This document shows, one piece after another, positions 9,499 through 21,115 of a DNA stretch of 64,000 nt. Source of the stretch: an uncultured Verrucomicrobiae bacterium (GTDB taxonomy: Bacteria > Verrucomicrobiota > Verrucomicrobiia > Opitutales > JABDGR01). Within the stretch, counting starts at the first letter, position 1. Each line of letters begins with the position of its first letter. The notes under the pieces were generated by a model. It was not told where the DNA came from, made no database searches, and saw nothing but the letters and a program-made list of their open reading frames with translations. The DNA lies in the NCBI GenBank assembly GCA_963765205.1, contig CAVXVB010000005.1:352001-416000 (forward strand), in the 5' to 3' direction. The position numbers and the translations under genes are program-made.

Positions 9499-10038
9499 TC
9501 AAGGCGTCGTCGCGGCCGGGGGCGGCGTGACCTCGGGCGCGGGCAATTCCGTCGAGGGCGCGGTGGTCTCCGTCGTCGCGGCCGGGGTTGCTGACTCCGC
9601 GGGCTGGTCTGTCGCCGGTGCGGGGTGGGCGACAAGGTAGGAATCAATATTTTCCTGCACCATGCGGGCCAGTTCCGGGCCGGGTTCGACGATTTCTTCC
9701 TTTTCCGCAAGCGTGCCCGAGACCACCATCACGCCTTGAAAGCCGCTGGCCGAGGCCCGCCGGGTGGTCTCCAAAACGGCGGTGGGCGTGACGGCATCTT
9801 GGCGTGCGACGAGGAACTTGCCCTCCGGGAATGGCGCGCGGTTCAACTGGACGACGGCGATGGCGGTCTTCAGGTCCACCCAGTTGGCGGTGCCGACGAT
9901 GGTGGTTTTCGCGGCGGGGACGAATTTGTTATACAGGCCGCCATCCTTGGCGACCTGGCCCGCCGACTTCACATGCGCGCAGCCGCCCAGCGCGACGACG
10001 CCGCAAAGCGCGAGGAGAAGTGACGAAAAAGCACGCAT
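9499..10038 (-). CDS. Hypothetical lipoprotein
   Basis: Lipobox-like LGGC after a hydrophobic signal; Pro/Thr/Ala-rich tail; directly downstream of rpoD. Confidence 0.75.
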   Translation of the reverse strand: MRAFSSLLLALCGVVALGGCAHVKSAGQVAKDGGLYNKFVPAAKTTIVGTANWVDLKTAIAVVQLNRAPFPEGKFLVARQDAVTPTAVLETTRRASASGFQGVMVVSGTLAEKEEIVEPGPELARMVQENIDSYLVAHPAPATDQPAESATPAATTETTAPSTELPAPEVTPPPAATTP

Positions 10039-10056
10039 GACGGCGCCCGGAATAGA

Positions 10057-12111
<2,055 letters not shown>

Positions 12112-12174
12112 GGGCCAGAAATCTAATTTGAGTTGAGAAGTTAGACCGGAAAAAACGGGCGAAGTGCCGGGCCA

Positions 12175-14058
12175 TCAGGGGGGTGGGGGAGGATTAATGC
12201 GCGGGGGGTGACGAAGCAGTTTTTGGATTTCGTTGATGCGTTGCTGCAAGGCGGCGAGGGACGCTTGATCGTCGGCGGGCAGGTTGACGGCGCGGGTTTT
12301 GAGTTCGAGGAGTTCGCGGCGGAAATGTTCGGTGAAAATGGTCTTCAGGCATTCGTTGATGTGCTTGACCGGCTCATCGCTTTCAAAAGGCCGGGAACGC
12401 AGGTTCGTCGCCAAATTGCGTTCGTCGTCGGATTCGAGCAATTCATCAAGGTGGTCGGCGCCCGGCCAGGCGTCCTCGCGGTGGGCGGCCAGGCAGCGGT
12501 CTAGCAGGCGGCCCTCCGGGGTTTGAGTGTCAAGCCATTGATGATCAAGCGCATGGGCAATCAAAGACGCAAGGTCTTCATAATGCAAAACGAACACTAA
12601 TAACTCATTTTCGGCCGTTGTCAACTTATCATTCGCAGATTCAAGTGGTTGCGCATTCTGCAACGAGCTGGCTTGACCTATACTTTCCAGCGTTTGAATG
12701 GGCCGGGTGGCGCGTTGGGAATGTTGGGTTAGGAAGCGGGCAAAGTCACGCTCGGCCGCCGTGCGGTCGGCGCCGGCCAGGCGGCAGGCTTCCGCCAGAT
12801 AGTCAGCCCGCAACATGGCGGAATCGGATTGCGCCAAAATCTCAAAAATCTCGCGTAGCGCCTCAGCCTTCTCACGCGCGCTGGGGCGGGACGAGGGCAG
12901 CAGTGAACGCACGGCGAAGGCCATCGCCGACTCGGCGTTTTGGTCCAATTCGGCCAGCGCACCCGCGCCTTTTTCCAGAAAGAGCTCATCCGGATCGCAA
13001 TCCGCCGCCAAAGGCAGGAAGCGGATTTCCAAACCGGCTTTGAGCGCCAGCGGCAGCGCGCGCAACGCCGCCTTCTGCCCCGCCGCGTCTCCATCCAAGA
13101 GGCAGTCCACCCTCCCAGCGTATCGCCGCATGAGTTTAAACTGGTTCTCGGTAATCGCGGTGCCCTGCGGCGCGACGACACTTTTGACCCCCGCCGACCA
13201 GCACCGCAGCGCATCCAGTTGGCCCTCAACCATCACGAACCGCCCGGCTTCGCGTACCGGCGCGTGCGCGCGGTCCAGGTTGAAGAGCACATCACCTTTG
13301 CGAAACAGCGGCGTTTCGGGAGAGTTGACGTATTTCGCCTCCCGCGCAGGGTCGTCGGTGGGCGTGCGCTCCGTCTGCCGTGCCGTGAAGGCGATGACGC
13401 GCCCCTGCAACTCGCGGATGGGGATCATCAGCCGTCCGCGAAAGCGCGGGCGTCCGCGCGCGGGGTCGCGTTCCCCTTCGCGGTAGAAAAACAAGCCGCT
13501 GGCCAAAAAGGTCTCCGGCGCGAATTTTTTGGTCTTGAGCAAGGCGTCCAGCAGGCCACCGCCGTCCGGCCCGGCCCAGCCGATCTTGAATTCCTTGGCC
13601 AGCGCCAGGTCAAAGCGACGCGCCTCCGTCCAGTATTGGCGGATGAAGGCACCGCCGTCGTCGTGGCGCAGAAACGCCGCGTGGAAATGCGCTGCGGCGG
13701 CTTCGTGCAGGTCGAATAATTCTTTGCGGACGGACTGGGCCTCGCGCGGCCGGCCATCTTCCTCGTATTCCAAGGTGACGCCAAAGCGTTGCGCCAGCGC
13801 CTCGACCGCCTCTTGAAAGCCGAGGTTCTCCTTGGTCTGGACGAACTTGAAAATGTCACCGCCCTGGCCGCTGCTGAAGCAATAGTAGAGGTTCTTGCCC
13901 GGATCCACGTAGAAGGACGGCGTTCGTTCTTGGGAGAACGGGCTGAGGCCCTTCCATTTCGCGCCGGCCTTTTTCAGCGCGACGTAGGGCAGCACCACGT
14001 CGTAAAGGCTGACGCGGGCGCGCACCTCGTCAATGGAGCTACGTTTGATTTTTGGCAC
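12175..14058 (-). CDS. dnaG: DNA primase
   Basis: Degenerate CHC2 domain, RFRGRLMIPI, AKYVNSPETPLF, Toprim VEGQLD...DGDAAGQKA. Probable GTG start at 14058. Confidence 0.96.
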   Translation of the reverse strand: MPKIKRSSIDEVRARVSLYDVVLPYVALKKAGAKWKGLSPFSQERTPSFYVDPGKNLYYCFSSGQGGDIFKFVQTKENLGFQEAVEALAQRFGVTLEYEEDGRPREAQSVRKELFDLHEAAAAHFHAAFLRHDDGGAFIRQYWTEARRFDLALAKEFKIGWAGPDGGGLLDALLKTKKFAPETFLASGLFFYREGERDPARGRPRFRGRLMIPIRELQGRVIAFTARQTERTPTDDPAREAKYVNSPETPLFRKGDVLFNLDRAHAPVREAGRFVMVEGQLDALRCWSAGVKSVVAPQGTAITENQFKLMRRYAGRVDCLLDGDAAGQKAALRALPLALKAGLEIRFLPLAADCDPDELFLEKGAGALAELDQNAESAMAFAVRSLLPSSRPSAREKAEALREIFEILAQSDSAMLRADYLAEACRLAGADRTAAERDFARFLTQHSQRATRPIQTLESIGQASSLQNAQPLESANDKLTTAENELLVFVLHYEDLASLIAHALDHQWLDTQTPEGRLLDRCLAAHREDAWPGADHLDELLESDDERNLATNLRSRPFESDEPVKHINECLKTIFTEHFRRELLELKTRAVNLPADDQASLAALQQRINEIQKLLRHPPRINPPPPP

Positions 14059-14072
14059 CGGGAAAGCAGGCA

Positions 14073-14100
14073 GGATGAAGGAGGAGGGATGAAGGATGCA
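14073..14100. repeat. Heptamer array GGATGAA-type x4 upstream of dnaG
   Basis: ggatgaa ggaggag ggatgaa ggatgca. Confidence 0.7.
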
Positions 14101-14366
14101 ACGAAAAGACAAGGGTGACGGTTCTGCCAAGCCATCCCAAGCGGTGAAAACATATTTTAGAAAACGTTTGCTTTGGGGATTATTAGATGAATTCGGCCAA
14201 AAGCATGAACGTTTGGGCAGGCTTGGGCCAGTAGCCCGTGCGGCGGCCCGGGGCCTGGCCTGGACCACCTGCGGTAAAGCTTTGCCAACGGGCAAAAATA
14301 TCAGTAGTCTTAATGCTTTAGCAACCCTCCCGGTTCACGCCCGAACCCTCCCTAATATTATTTATT

Positions 14367-14726
14367 ATGAAAAACAATCATAAAGGTAGGGGCTTCACCC
14401 TAGTGGAAATCATGATTGTGGTGGTCATTATCGGCCTGTTGGCGGCGATGGCCATCCCTGCGTTTGCCAAAGTCATCCAGCAATCGCGTCTCAAGGCGGT
14501 CACGAATAATCTGCGCCAGCTCGCCAACTCCGCCCAGCAATACATGCTCAACAATGGCACCACCCAGGCCGCCTACACCGACATTGTCGGCACCACGACG
14601 GACCACCTCATCAACGCAATGAACGTCATCGCGAGCGAAGACTACACTGGCATCGTCGTTATTCAGAGCCAGACCCAAGTCACGCTCTCGTCGGTGGCCT
14701 TCGGCACGGTCACCTACAATTTTTGA
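14367..14726 (+). CDS. Type IV pilin / pseudopilin (prepilin N-terminal cleavage/methylation domain)
   Basis: Class III signal KGRG|FTLVEIMIVVVIIGLLAAMAIPAF; 119 aa. Confidence 0.93.
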   Translation: MKNNHKGRGFTLVEIMIVVVIIGLLAAMAIPAFAKVIQQSRLKAVTNNLRQLANSAQQYMLNNGTTQAAYTDIVGTTTDHLINAMNVIASEDYTGIVVIQSQTQVTLSSVAFGTVTYNF

Positions 14727-14804
14727 GCCGCCGACCAAGTTGAATCCGGGTGACAGGCGCGTTTCAGGTTTGAAAACGCGCGGGGTTGACTTTTGCATGG
14801 GTGC

Positions 14805-16082
14805 ATGTCCCTCCCGCCAACGTTTTTACCGCCCCGCGTGGCCGTGACAGGCCTGGGCGGCTACGCCCGGCACCATCACCTCACCCTGCAGCGCCTGGAA
14901 AAAGCGGGTCGGTGTCGGGTGGTGGCTACTTGCGACCCCTCCCTCGAACAAATGCTGCCGCTCAGCGCGGACCTGGACCTCGCCGCGCGGGGCGTGAAAG
15001 TTTTCCCCAGCTTGGAGACCCTGCTCGAAGGCATGGCGGGCGGCCTGGACGCCATCACCCTGCCCACGCCCATCCACACGCACGCGCCCATGCACCTTGC
15101 CTGTGTCGCCCGCGGGGTCCCGGTGTATCTCGAAAAGCCCCCCACCTTGTGGTGGGAGGAACTCGAGACGATGATCACGGCTGACGCCCGCGCCCCATGC
15201 GCCACGGAAGTGGGCTTCAATTTTATCACCGAGCCGGCGCGCGCCGGGTTGCAAGCGCGCCTGCGGGCGGGCGAATTCGGACCCTTGCGCGCGGCGGCGT
15301 TTCTCGGCCTCTGGCCGCGGCCGGCGGCGTATTTCCGGCGCAACAACTGGGCGGGAAAAATTTTTCGCGCGGGGTCGCCCGTGCCGCTGCTCGATTCGTG
15401 CTTTGGCAATGCGATGGGCCACTACCTGCAAAACCTGCTGCATTGGGCCGGCCCGGAGCCGGCGGGTTTTGCCACCGTGCTCGAGGTGCGCGCCTGCCTC
15501 CACCGCGCGCACGCCATTGCCGGGCCGGACACGGTTTTTGCCGAGGCGCGCACGCCGGCCGGGGTTACTTTGCGCCTGGCGGCGACGCACGCCTGCCCGC
15601 CGAAGAGCGAAAGCCACGCCGAATACTTGTTCTGCGAACATGCAACATTACGCTATGTCACCGACCACGATTGCGAAATACGCTGGACGGATGGCCGCCG
15701 TGAAACGGTGGACCTGCGCACGCAGGGCGACTGGCAGGAGCGCAACTTCCGCCGCTATTTCGACTACCTCGCCGGCCGGCATCAAGCGCCGGTTGTGACC
15801 CTGCGCGACTGCCGCCCATTTGTCGCCTGGAACGACTTGATTTATGCCGCAGCGCCCGGCATCGCTTCGTTTGGATCGGAACACTTGGAGTATTATTCCG
15901 GGGGAACCATTCCCGCGCCCCGCGGGTTGCCGGCCGCGCTCCGGGATTTTGCGGAAGCCGGTCGCTGGCCGCACGAAAACCGCGACCTCCCCTGGGCCCG
16001 CGAGCCGGGCCGCGCCCACCTTGCCGACCTCCCCCTTGCGAGTGCGAAAATCCGGGCGCAGGTAGAAGCGGCGGGGCGATAA
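14805..16082 (+). CDS. Gfo/Idh/MocA-family oxidoreductase
   Basis: Rossmann VAVTGLGGYA, TPIHTH and YLEKP motifs. Confidence 0.9.
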   Translation: MSLPPTFLPPRVAVTGLGGYARHHHLTLQRLEKAGRCRVVATCDPSLEQMLPLSADLDLAARGVKVFPSLETLLEGMAGGLDAITLPTPIHTHAPMHLACVARGVPVYLEKPPTLWWEELETMITADARAPCATEVGFNFITEPARAGLQARLRAGEFGPLRAAAFLGLWPRPAAYFRRNNWAGKIFRAGSPVPLLDSCFGNAMGHYLQNLLHWAGPEPAGFATVLEVRACLHRAHAIAGPDTVFAEARTPAGVTLRLAATHACPPKSESHAEYLFCEHATLRYVTDHDCEIRWTDGRRETVDLRTQGDWQERNFRRYFDYLAGRHQAPVVTLRDCRPFVAWNDLIYAAAPGIASFGSEHLEYYSGGTIPAPRGLPAALRDFAEAGRWPHENRDLPWAREPGRAHLADLPLASAKIRAQVEAAGR

Positions 16083-16247
16083 AGTTTGGGTCAAAATGCC
16101 GCCCATTTTGTTCTTGTGAAAGGGGGCGGGGGCGGGGTATGCTGTGACCGCTATCCAGTTGGTTGCCTGTTGCTTGGGTGCGTCTTTGCGAACGTGATGT
16201 TGCGCGAAGGCAGCCGGGTGCGGGCACGCGGCTGGCAGACACCCTTC

Positions 16248-17282
16248 ATGGCCAAAGCTCGCAAGGTGCTTTTTTTGGAAATCTCCGAATATTCGGTGCT
16301 GGCCGCCCGAACCACCGGGCTGGAGCCGCCGTTTGTCATTGAGGAAACGCGCGAGATACCCGCGGGAACCATGGACGACCTGGCGACGCTCGTCAGCGAA
16401 ATGATGTCCCTGCCGACAGGGCAGTATGCGCACACGGTGGTTGGCGTGTATCCGCCGAGCCGCTTCGTCCGCCGATCCGTCATGGAAAATCCCGCCAAAG
16501 CGAAGGACCCCGCCTTTCTGGCCGAATACATCAATTCGCAATTTCAGGTGGACCCGGCCAAGAACATGGTCGCGGTGCTCAACGCCGAAACGGGCCAGTT
16601 TGCCTCGGCGGAAACGGGTTACAGCAAAGAGTTGATTTTTTGCGGCGCGACGCAGGACGACATCAAGGAACGCCAGCAATTCGCCGTCAGCGCGGGGATT
16701 TATCCGCACCGGCTGGAGCTGGGCACCGTCGCCACCATCGCCGGGCTGGGCAGCTACCTGGCTGCCGAGGATTTGAAATCGCCGACGCTGCTGCTGGAAA
16801 TAACCCAGGAGAACGCGCAGGTCTTCATCCTGCGCGGCACGCAGCTCGATCTGGCGCGGCCCATCCCCGTCGGCCTGAGCAGCATGTTCCCGATCGTCCA
16901 GCAGGAACTGGGCCTCAAGGACGAGGAATCCACCCGCAAACTTTTTTTCTCGAACACCTTTGATTTCACCGAGATGGGCCCGACCCTGCTCAAGAAAATG
17001 ATCAAGGAACTCCAATCCTCGACCGGCTTCTACGAAGTGCAAACCGGCCAGACCATCGGGCAGATCCACCTCAACATCCTGCCGAAAAACCTCGCCTGGA
17101 TGGGTGGGCTGCTCGCCCGCACCTTGGGCATTGACACCCTCAAACCGGAATTTCCACGCTGGCTGAAGACCCTCGGCATCGAGCCGGCCCCTGGCCTCGA
17201 ACTGGCCGCGCTCAACGGCCGCTGGCTCGGCGTGTTCGGCCTGATGGGCAAATACGAAGCCAAACCGGAAGTCAAAACCTAG
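16248..17282 (+). CDS. PilM-like pilus/T2SS assembly protein
   Basis: About 345 aa soluble protein, first gene of an operon ending in a secretin; segment 'LLLEITQENAQVFILRGTQLDLARPIPVG' resembles the PilM/FtsA actin fold. Confidence 0.65.
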   Translation: MAKARKVLFLEISEYSVLAARTTGLEPPFVIEETREIPAGTMDDLATLVSEMMSLPTGQYAHTVVGVYPPSRFVRRSVMENPAKAKDPAFLAEYINSQFQVDPAKNMVAVLNAETGQFASAETGYSKELIFCGATQDDIKERQQFAVSAGIYPHRLELGTVATIAGLGSYLAAEDLKSPTLLLEITQENAQVFILRGTQLDLARPIPVGLSSMFPIVQQELGLKDEESTRKLFFSNTFDFTEMGPTLLKKMIKELQSSTGFYEVQTGQTIGQIHLNILPKNLAWMGGLLARTLGIDTLKPEFPRWLKTLGIEPAPGLELAALNGRWLGVFGLMGKYEAKPEVKT

Positions 17283-17287
17283 CCGCC

Positions 17288-17926
17288 ATGTTCGCGCGCA
17301 AGAAAAAACCCGAAGTAGTCCTGCACTGGCACCCGAATTTCCGGGTGGTGGCGGCCCTGCCTGACATCAAGCAGGTGCGGACGGGTTTTATTGTGAATTT
17401 CATCGCCATTTTCCTGGCCGTGCTGGGCTTGGGCTGGACGCTCTACGTCGAGGTGCTCATCCACAAGACCAATACGGAGTTGGACCACTACAACACGCAG
17501 ATTACCGCCCTCAAGCCCACGAACGACAAAGACCTGGGCAAGAGCGCCAAATTCGTCAAGGACTCGAAGCCGCTGCAATTTACGGCCAAGTTTTTCTCCG
17601 AAAAGCTCCCCCCGCTGGACGTGATGTCGAGCTTGCTCGACGCCCGGACCAGCGATATATACTTCGATTCCGTCGAAATCGAATCCATCGTGCTGGACTT
17701 GCCGGGCAACAAAAAGGTCAACACCCAGCGGATCACGATCCTGGGCACGCTCAACAGCCCGCGAGAGTCAGACCTCGATCCGTTTATGAAAAGCTTGCAA
17801 AACAGTCCCTTGCTCAAGAGCCGCATCACGGGCGATCCCAAGGACTTCAAACTTGATACCAAGGGGGACCCGGCCATCAAAATCTTCACCTTCACCCTCA
17901 CGATCACCCTCAAGCCCCCCGCATGA
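17288..17926 (+). CDS. PilN-like bitopic membrane protein
   Basis: Single TM, coiled coil, then a ferredoxin-like C-terminus ('ITILGT...FTFTLTITLK'); position in operon. Confidence 0.6.
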   Translation: MFARKKKPEVVLHWHPNFRVVAALPDIKQVRTGFIVNFIAIFLAVLGLGWTLYVEVLIHKTNTELDHYNTQITALKPTNDKDLGKSAKFVKDSKPLQFTAKFFSEKLPPLDVMSSLLDARTSDIYFDSVEIESIVLDLPGNKKVNTQRITILGTLNSPRESDLDPFMKSLQNSPLLKSRITGDPKDFKLDTKGDPAIKIFTFTLTITLKPPA

Positions 17927-18498
17927 ACCTCCAGCAAATCCTGGCCAAGCTGAAGGCCTATCCCCTGGCGTTGTCGCTCTTTGGAGTGGCCATCCTGCTG
18001 GCTGGCTGGGCTTATTACCGGGACACCGGGGCGCTGCAGGATGCTTCCGCCGCGTTGGACCAGGCCACGCAGGACAACGACCGCTACAATCAGAATGTGG
18101 CCGCGGGCGAAAAAATTGACGACCACCTCGCCGAATTGGCGGCCGACGTAAAAAAATACAACGACGCGCTCATCAACACCACCGCGGTGGTGTTCAACCA
18201 GCAGTATTTCTACGATATCGGCGCGCCGGCCGGCGTTACCATTGTGAACCCCACCCAAGGCGCCACCGAGCCAAACAAGGACCCGTCCCGCCCGTCCGTC
18301 ACCACCTTCAATTTGACGGCCATTGGCCATTGGGATAGTATCGCCTCCTTTGTTTACGGCCTGCAGACCGGGCCGCACCTGATGCGCTTCAGCCGCTTCC
18401 GGCTGGTCAAGTCCCAACAATCGCGCAGCGCAACCAATACCACCGGCGATACCAACCTGCTGGAACTCACCCTTATTGTCGAAGTGCTTGGCCAATGA
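17923..18498 (+). CDS. PilO-like bitopic membrane protein
   Basis: TM, coiled coil, 'FNLTAIGHWDSIASFVYGLQ...LELTLIVEVLG'; ATGA overlap with the upstream gene. Confidence 0.65.
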   Translation: MNLQQILAKLKAYPLALSLFGVAILLAGWAYYRDTGALQDASAALDQATQDNDRYNQNVAAGEKIDDHLAELAADVKKYNDALINTTAVVFNQQYFYDIGAPAGVTIVNPTQGATEPNKDPSRPSVTTFNLTAIGHWDSIASFVYGLQTGPHLMRFSRFRLVKSQQSRSATNTTGDTNLLELTLIVEVLGQ

Positions 18499-19196
18499 AA
18501 CATTTTCTCAACCACGATCGGTTTAGGCGTCTCGTCCGCTGGACGGCGGGCTGGGTCGTGGCCGTGGGGTTGGGCGTGCGGCTGCTGGCGGCCGATGTTC
18601 CGACCGATGCAGCGGCGCCGGCCCCGGCGCCCGGGGCGCCCGCTGCGGCGTCCGCCGGCACCTCGTCTGTGTTTTCCCCGCCCAAGGAGGGCGAGGTGGT
18701 CGCCCTCATTTTGCGCACCAAACTGCTGAACGTGGCCGACACTTTTATCGAGCGCGACAATCCGGGCCTGCTCGCCAAGCTCACCACCGCCGACGACCCC
18801 TTCTACGCCAAACTTCCCCCGCCACCCGCCGCGGAGGTGACGCCGGGAACCGGCGCGGGGAGTGCCGCCACGCCCCCCCCGCCGCCCAAGTTGACGGATG
18901 CAGACCGGCTCCAGCAAGTCGCCGCGGCGGCGATGCCCACCGGCCTGATCGAAGCCGCGAATGTGCGGCTCGTAACCTTTGCGAAGCGGGATCCCGTGCA
19001 AGTCGGCCAATCGTTTTCGGTGCAATTCCCGGACGAGGCCGCGCCGGCAATGATTCAAGTCGTTGACGCCGATGAATCCTCGTGCGTGCTCAAGCTCGGC
19101 GACACCACCCTATCCGCAGAGTATGTCGCCAACGCCTCGGCTGCGCCGGCCCCGCGTCCGGCCGCCCCGGCGTCCTCCACCTCTCAAACAAAATAA
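18495..19196 (+). CDS. Exported protein in the PilP position
   Basis: Signal peptide, 'DDPFY' motif followed by a Pro-rich linker and a small beta domain; lies between the PilO-like gene and the secretin. Confidence 0.55.
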   Translation: MKHFLNHDRFRRLVRWTAGWVVAVGLGVRLLAADVPTDAAAPAPAPGAPAAASAGTSSVFSPPKEGEVVALILRTKLLNVADTFIERDNPGLLAKLTTADDPFYAKLPPPPAAEVTPGTGAGSAATPPPPPKLTDADRLQQVAAAAMPTGLIEAANVRLVTFAKRDPVQVGQSFSVQFPDEAAPAMIQVVDADESSCVLKLGDTTLSAEYVANASAAPAPRPAAPASSTSQTK

Positions 19197-19220
19197 AGCT
19201 CACTTAACCAACCTTGCGCC

Positions 19221-21053
19221 ATGAAAGCCAACCGCACCCTCCTCGCTCTCTTCCTTGCCACTACCGTCGGGCTTGCCGCGCAAGACGCCCCCGCGCCGGC
19301 CCCGGCGCCCACGCCGGCCCCGGCACCCGCCGCAGATACCACCACCCCGCCCAATCCATTAGCGCCCGTGACGCCCGCGGCCGCGGCGCCCGCCCTCAAT
19401 GTGAGCCTGCCTTCGGATACGGCGAGCGTGGCCGCCGTGGATGCCGGCGGCGCGGCGACCAACGTCATGCACGTCGCGAAATTCCCCAATGAGGATATCC
19501 GCACCATCCTCACGAGCGTGGCCACCTTGTTTAACCTTAACGTCATCATCCCCGACACGCTCAGCGGCACGACCACCCTGCAACTGCACGATGTCACCTG
19601 GCAGCAAATTTTCAAATATGTCCTCGATCCCATCGGCTACACTTACACGATTGACGGCGCCGGCCCCAACGCCGTCATCCTCATCAAGAACAAGACGGAC
19701 ATCGCCGCCGAGCCGATGGAAACAATCGTCCACCCCGTCAACTCCGCCAAGGCTGACGAACTGGCCAAATCGCTGGTGCAATTCATTGACGCGACCTCGA
19801 AGCCACCCGAAACGATCATCCCGGACGTGCGCACGAACTCCCTAATCATCACCGCCCACCCCGGCAAGATGAGCGGCATCCTCGACGCGATTGACCGCTT
19901 GGACAAACCAACTGCGCAGGTTTTGATCGAAACGAAGTTCATCGAAGTGGACGCCAAAGACGAAAAAGACCTCGGCATTGATTGGAACTTCAACGGCACG
20001 CCCCTGGGTTCCGTCGCTTATGCCACCCAATACTCGATCTTTGAAGGCCTGCCCGCGCTCTACACCTCCGGCGCCCTGCCCAGCGCGTTCCCAGAGCAGA
20101 ATGTCACCGGCAACGTGTCGTCCACGCCGAGCACCAACCTCAACATCCTGCAGACCCCCTCCACCATCGGGGGCAACCTGCCGGTGGCGCCACGCAAGGC
20201 CCTCAGCCTGGCGGTCTTCAACCAGGCCCAATACAACGCCGTGCTCGAAGCCTTGCAGACCGCCTCGGACACCAAGTTGGTCTCCAACCCGACGGCGGTA
20301 ACCATGGACAACACGGAAATCACCATGGGTTCGGCGACAAATATCACGATGGTTTTTCCGACCATTAATAACCAAAGCGGTGTTTCCCAGCCCGGCAACA
20401 CCACCACCCTGACCGTCGGCATCACCATCAAAATCAAGCCGCATGTAACCAATGACGGTGACATCAACCTCACCCTCAACCCGGTGTTCAGCACCCTGAA
20501 TGGGCAAACCGACACTTATTTCGGCGCCAGTTATCCCGAGGTCGTCACCCGCAGCCTCACGGACGCCCAAGTCCGGGTCAAGGACGGTTTCACGCTTGCC
20601 ATCGGCGGCCTCATTGACGACCAGGACATCAAGTCCTCCTCGGGCGTGCCCATCCTGGCGGATATTCCCTTCATCGGTAATCTCTTCAAATCCAATCAAA
20701 CCACGCATCAGCGCGACAACCTCCTCATCTTTGTGACGGCCCGCACCCTCCCCAATGACGGCGGCAGCTATCGCGACTCGCTGGACCCCCAACTCATGTT
20801 GCGCAGCGGTGTCACCGCGGACGAAGTGCCCGGGTATTACAACACGAACCGCTCCGCCGACACCCCTGGCATGAGCTACCCCTCGGCCGATCAGTCGCAA
20901 GCCATGGAGGATGTGCAGAAGCTGCGCGACCAGGCCGCCGCCATCCAAAAGATGCAGGAATATCTGCAGCAGATGCAAGACGCCCAACAGGTGCTCAAAA
21001 ACGAGCAGGGTCCGCCGGCCAAGCCCATCACCACCACCCCGCTGCAGCGCTGA
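19221..21053 (+). CDS. Secretin (PilQ/GspD family)
   Basis: Signal peptide, N0/N3 domains, QVLIETKFIEV, SNPTAVT, VKDGFTLAIGGLI, GVPILADIPFIGNLFK. Confidence 0.93.
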   Translation: MKANRTLLALFLATTVGLAAQDAPAPAPAPTPAPAPAADTTTPPNPLAPVTPAAAAPALNVSLPSDTASVAAVDAGGAATNVMHVAKFPNEDIRTILTSVATLFNLNVIIPDTLSGTTTLQLHDVTWQQIFKYVLDPIGYTYTIDGAGPNAVILIKNKTDIAAEPMETIVHPVNSAKADELAKSLVQFIDATSKPPETIIPDVRTNSLIITAHPGKMSGILDAIDRLDKPTAQVLIETKFIEVDAKDEKDLGIDWNFNGTPLGSVAYATQYSIFEGLPALYTSGALPSAFPEQNVTGNVSSTPSTNLNILQTPSTIGGNLPVAPRKALSLAVFNQAQYNAVLEALQTASDTKLVSNPTAVTMDNTEITMGSATNITMVFPTINNQSGVSQPGNTTTLTVGITIKIKPHVTNDGDINLTLNPVFSTLNGQTDTYFGASYPEVVTRSLTDAQVRVKDGFTLAIGGLIDDQDIKSSSGVPILADIPFIGNLFKSNQTTHQRDNLLIFVTARTLPNDGGSYRDSLDPQLMLRSGVTADEVPGYYNTNRSADTPGMSYPSADQSQAMEDVQKLRDQAAAIQKMQEYLQQMQDAQQVLKNEQGPPAKPITTTPLQR

Positions 21054-21115
21054 GGGCCGGGCGCGGGTTCACCCCGCAGCTTGCCAAGGCCTTGCCGAGG
21101 CGTTTCCCTGAGGGC

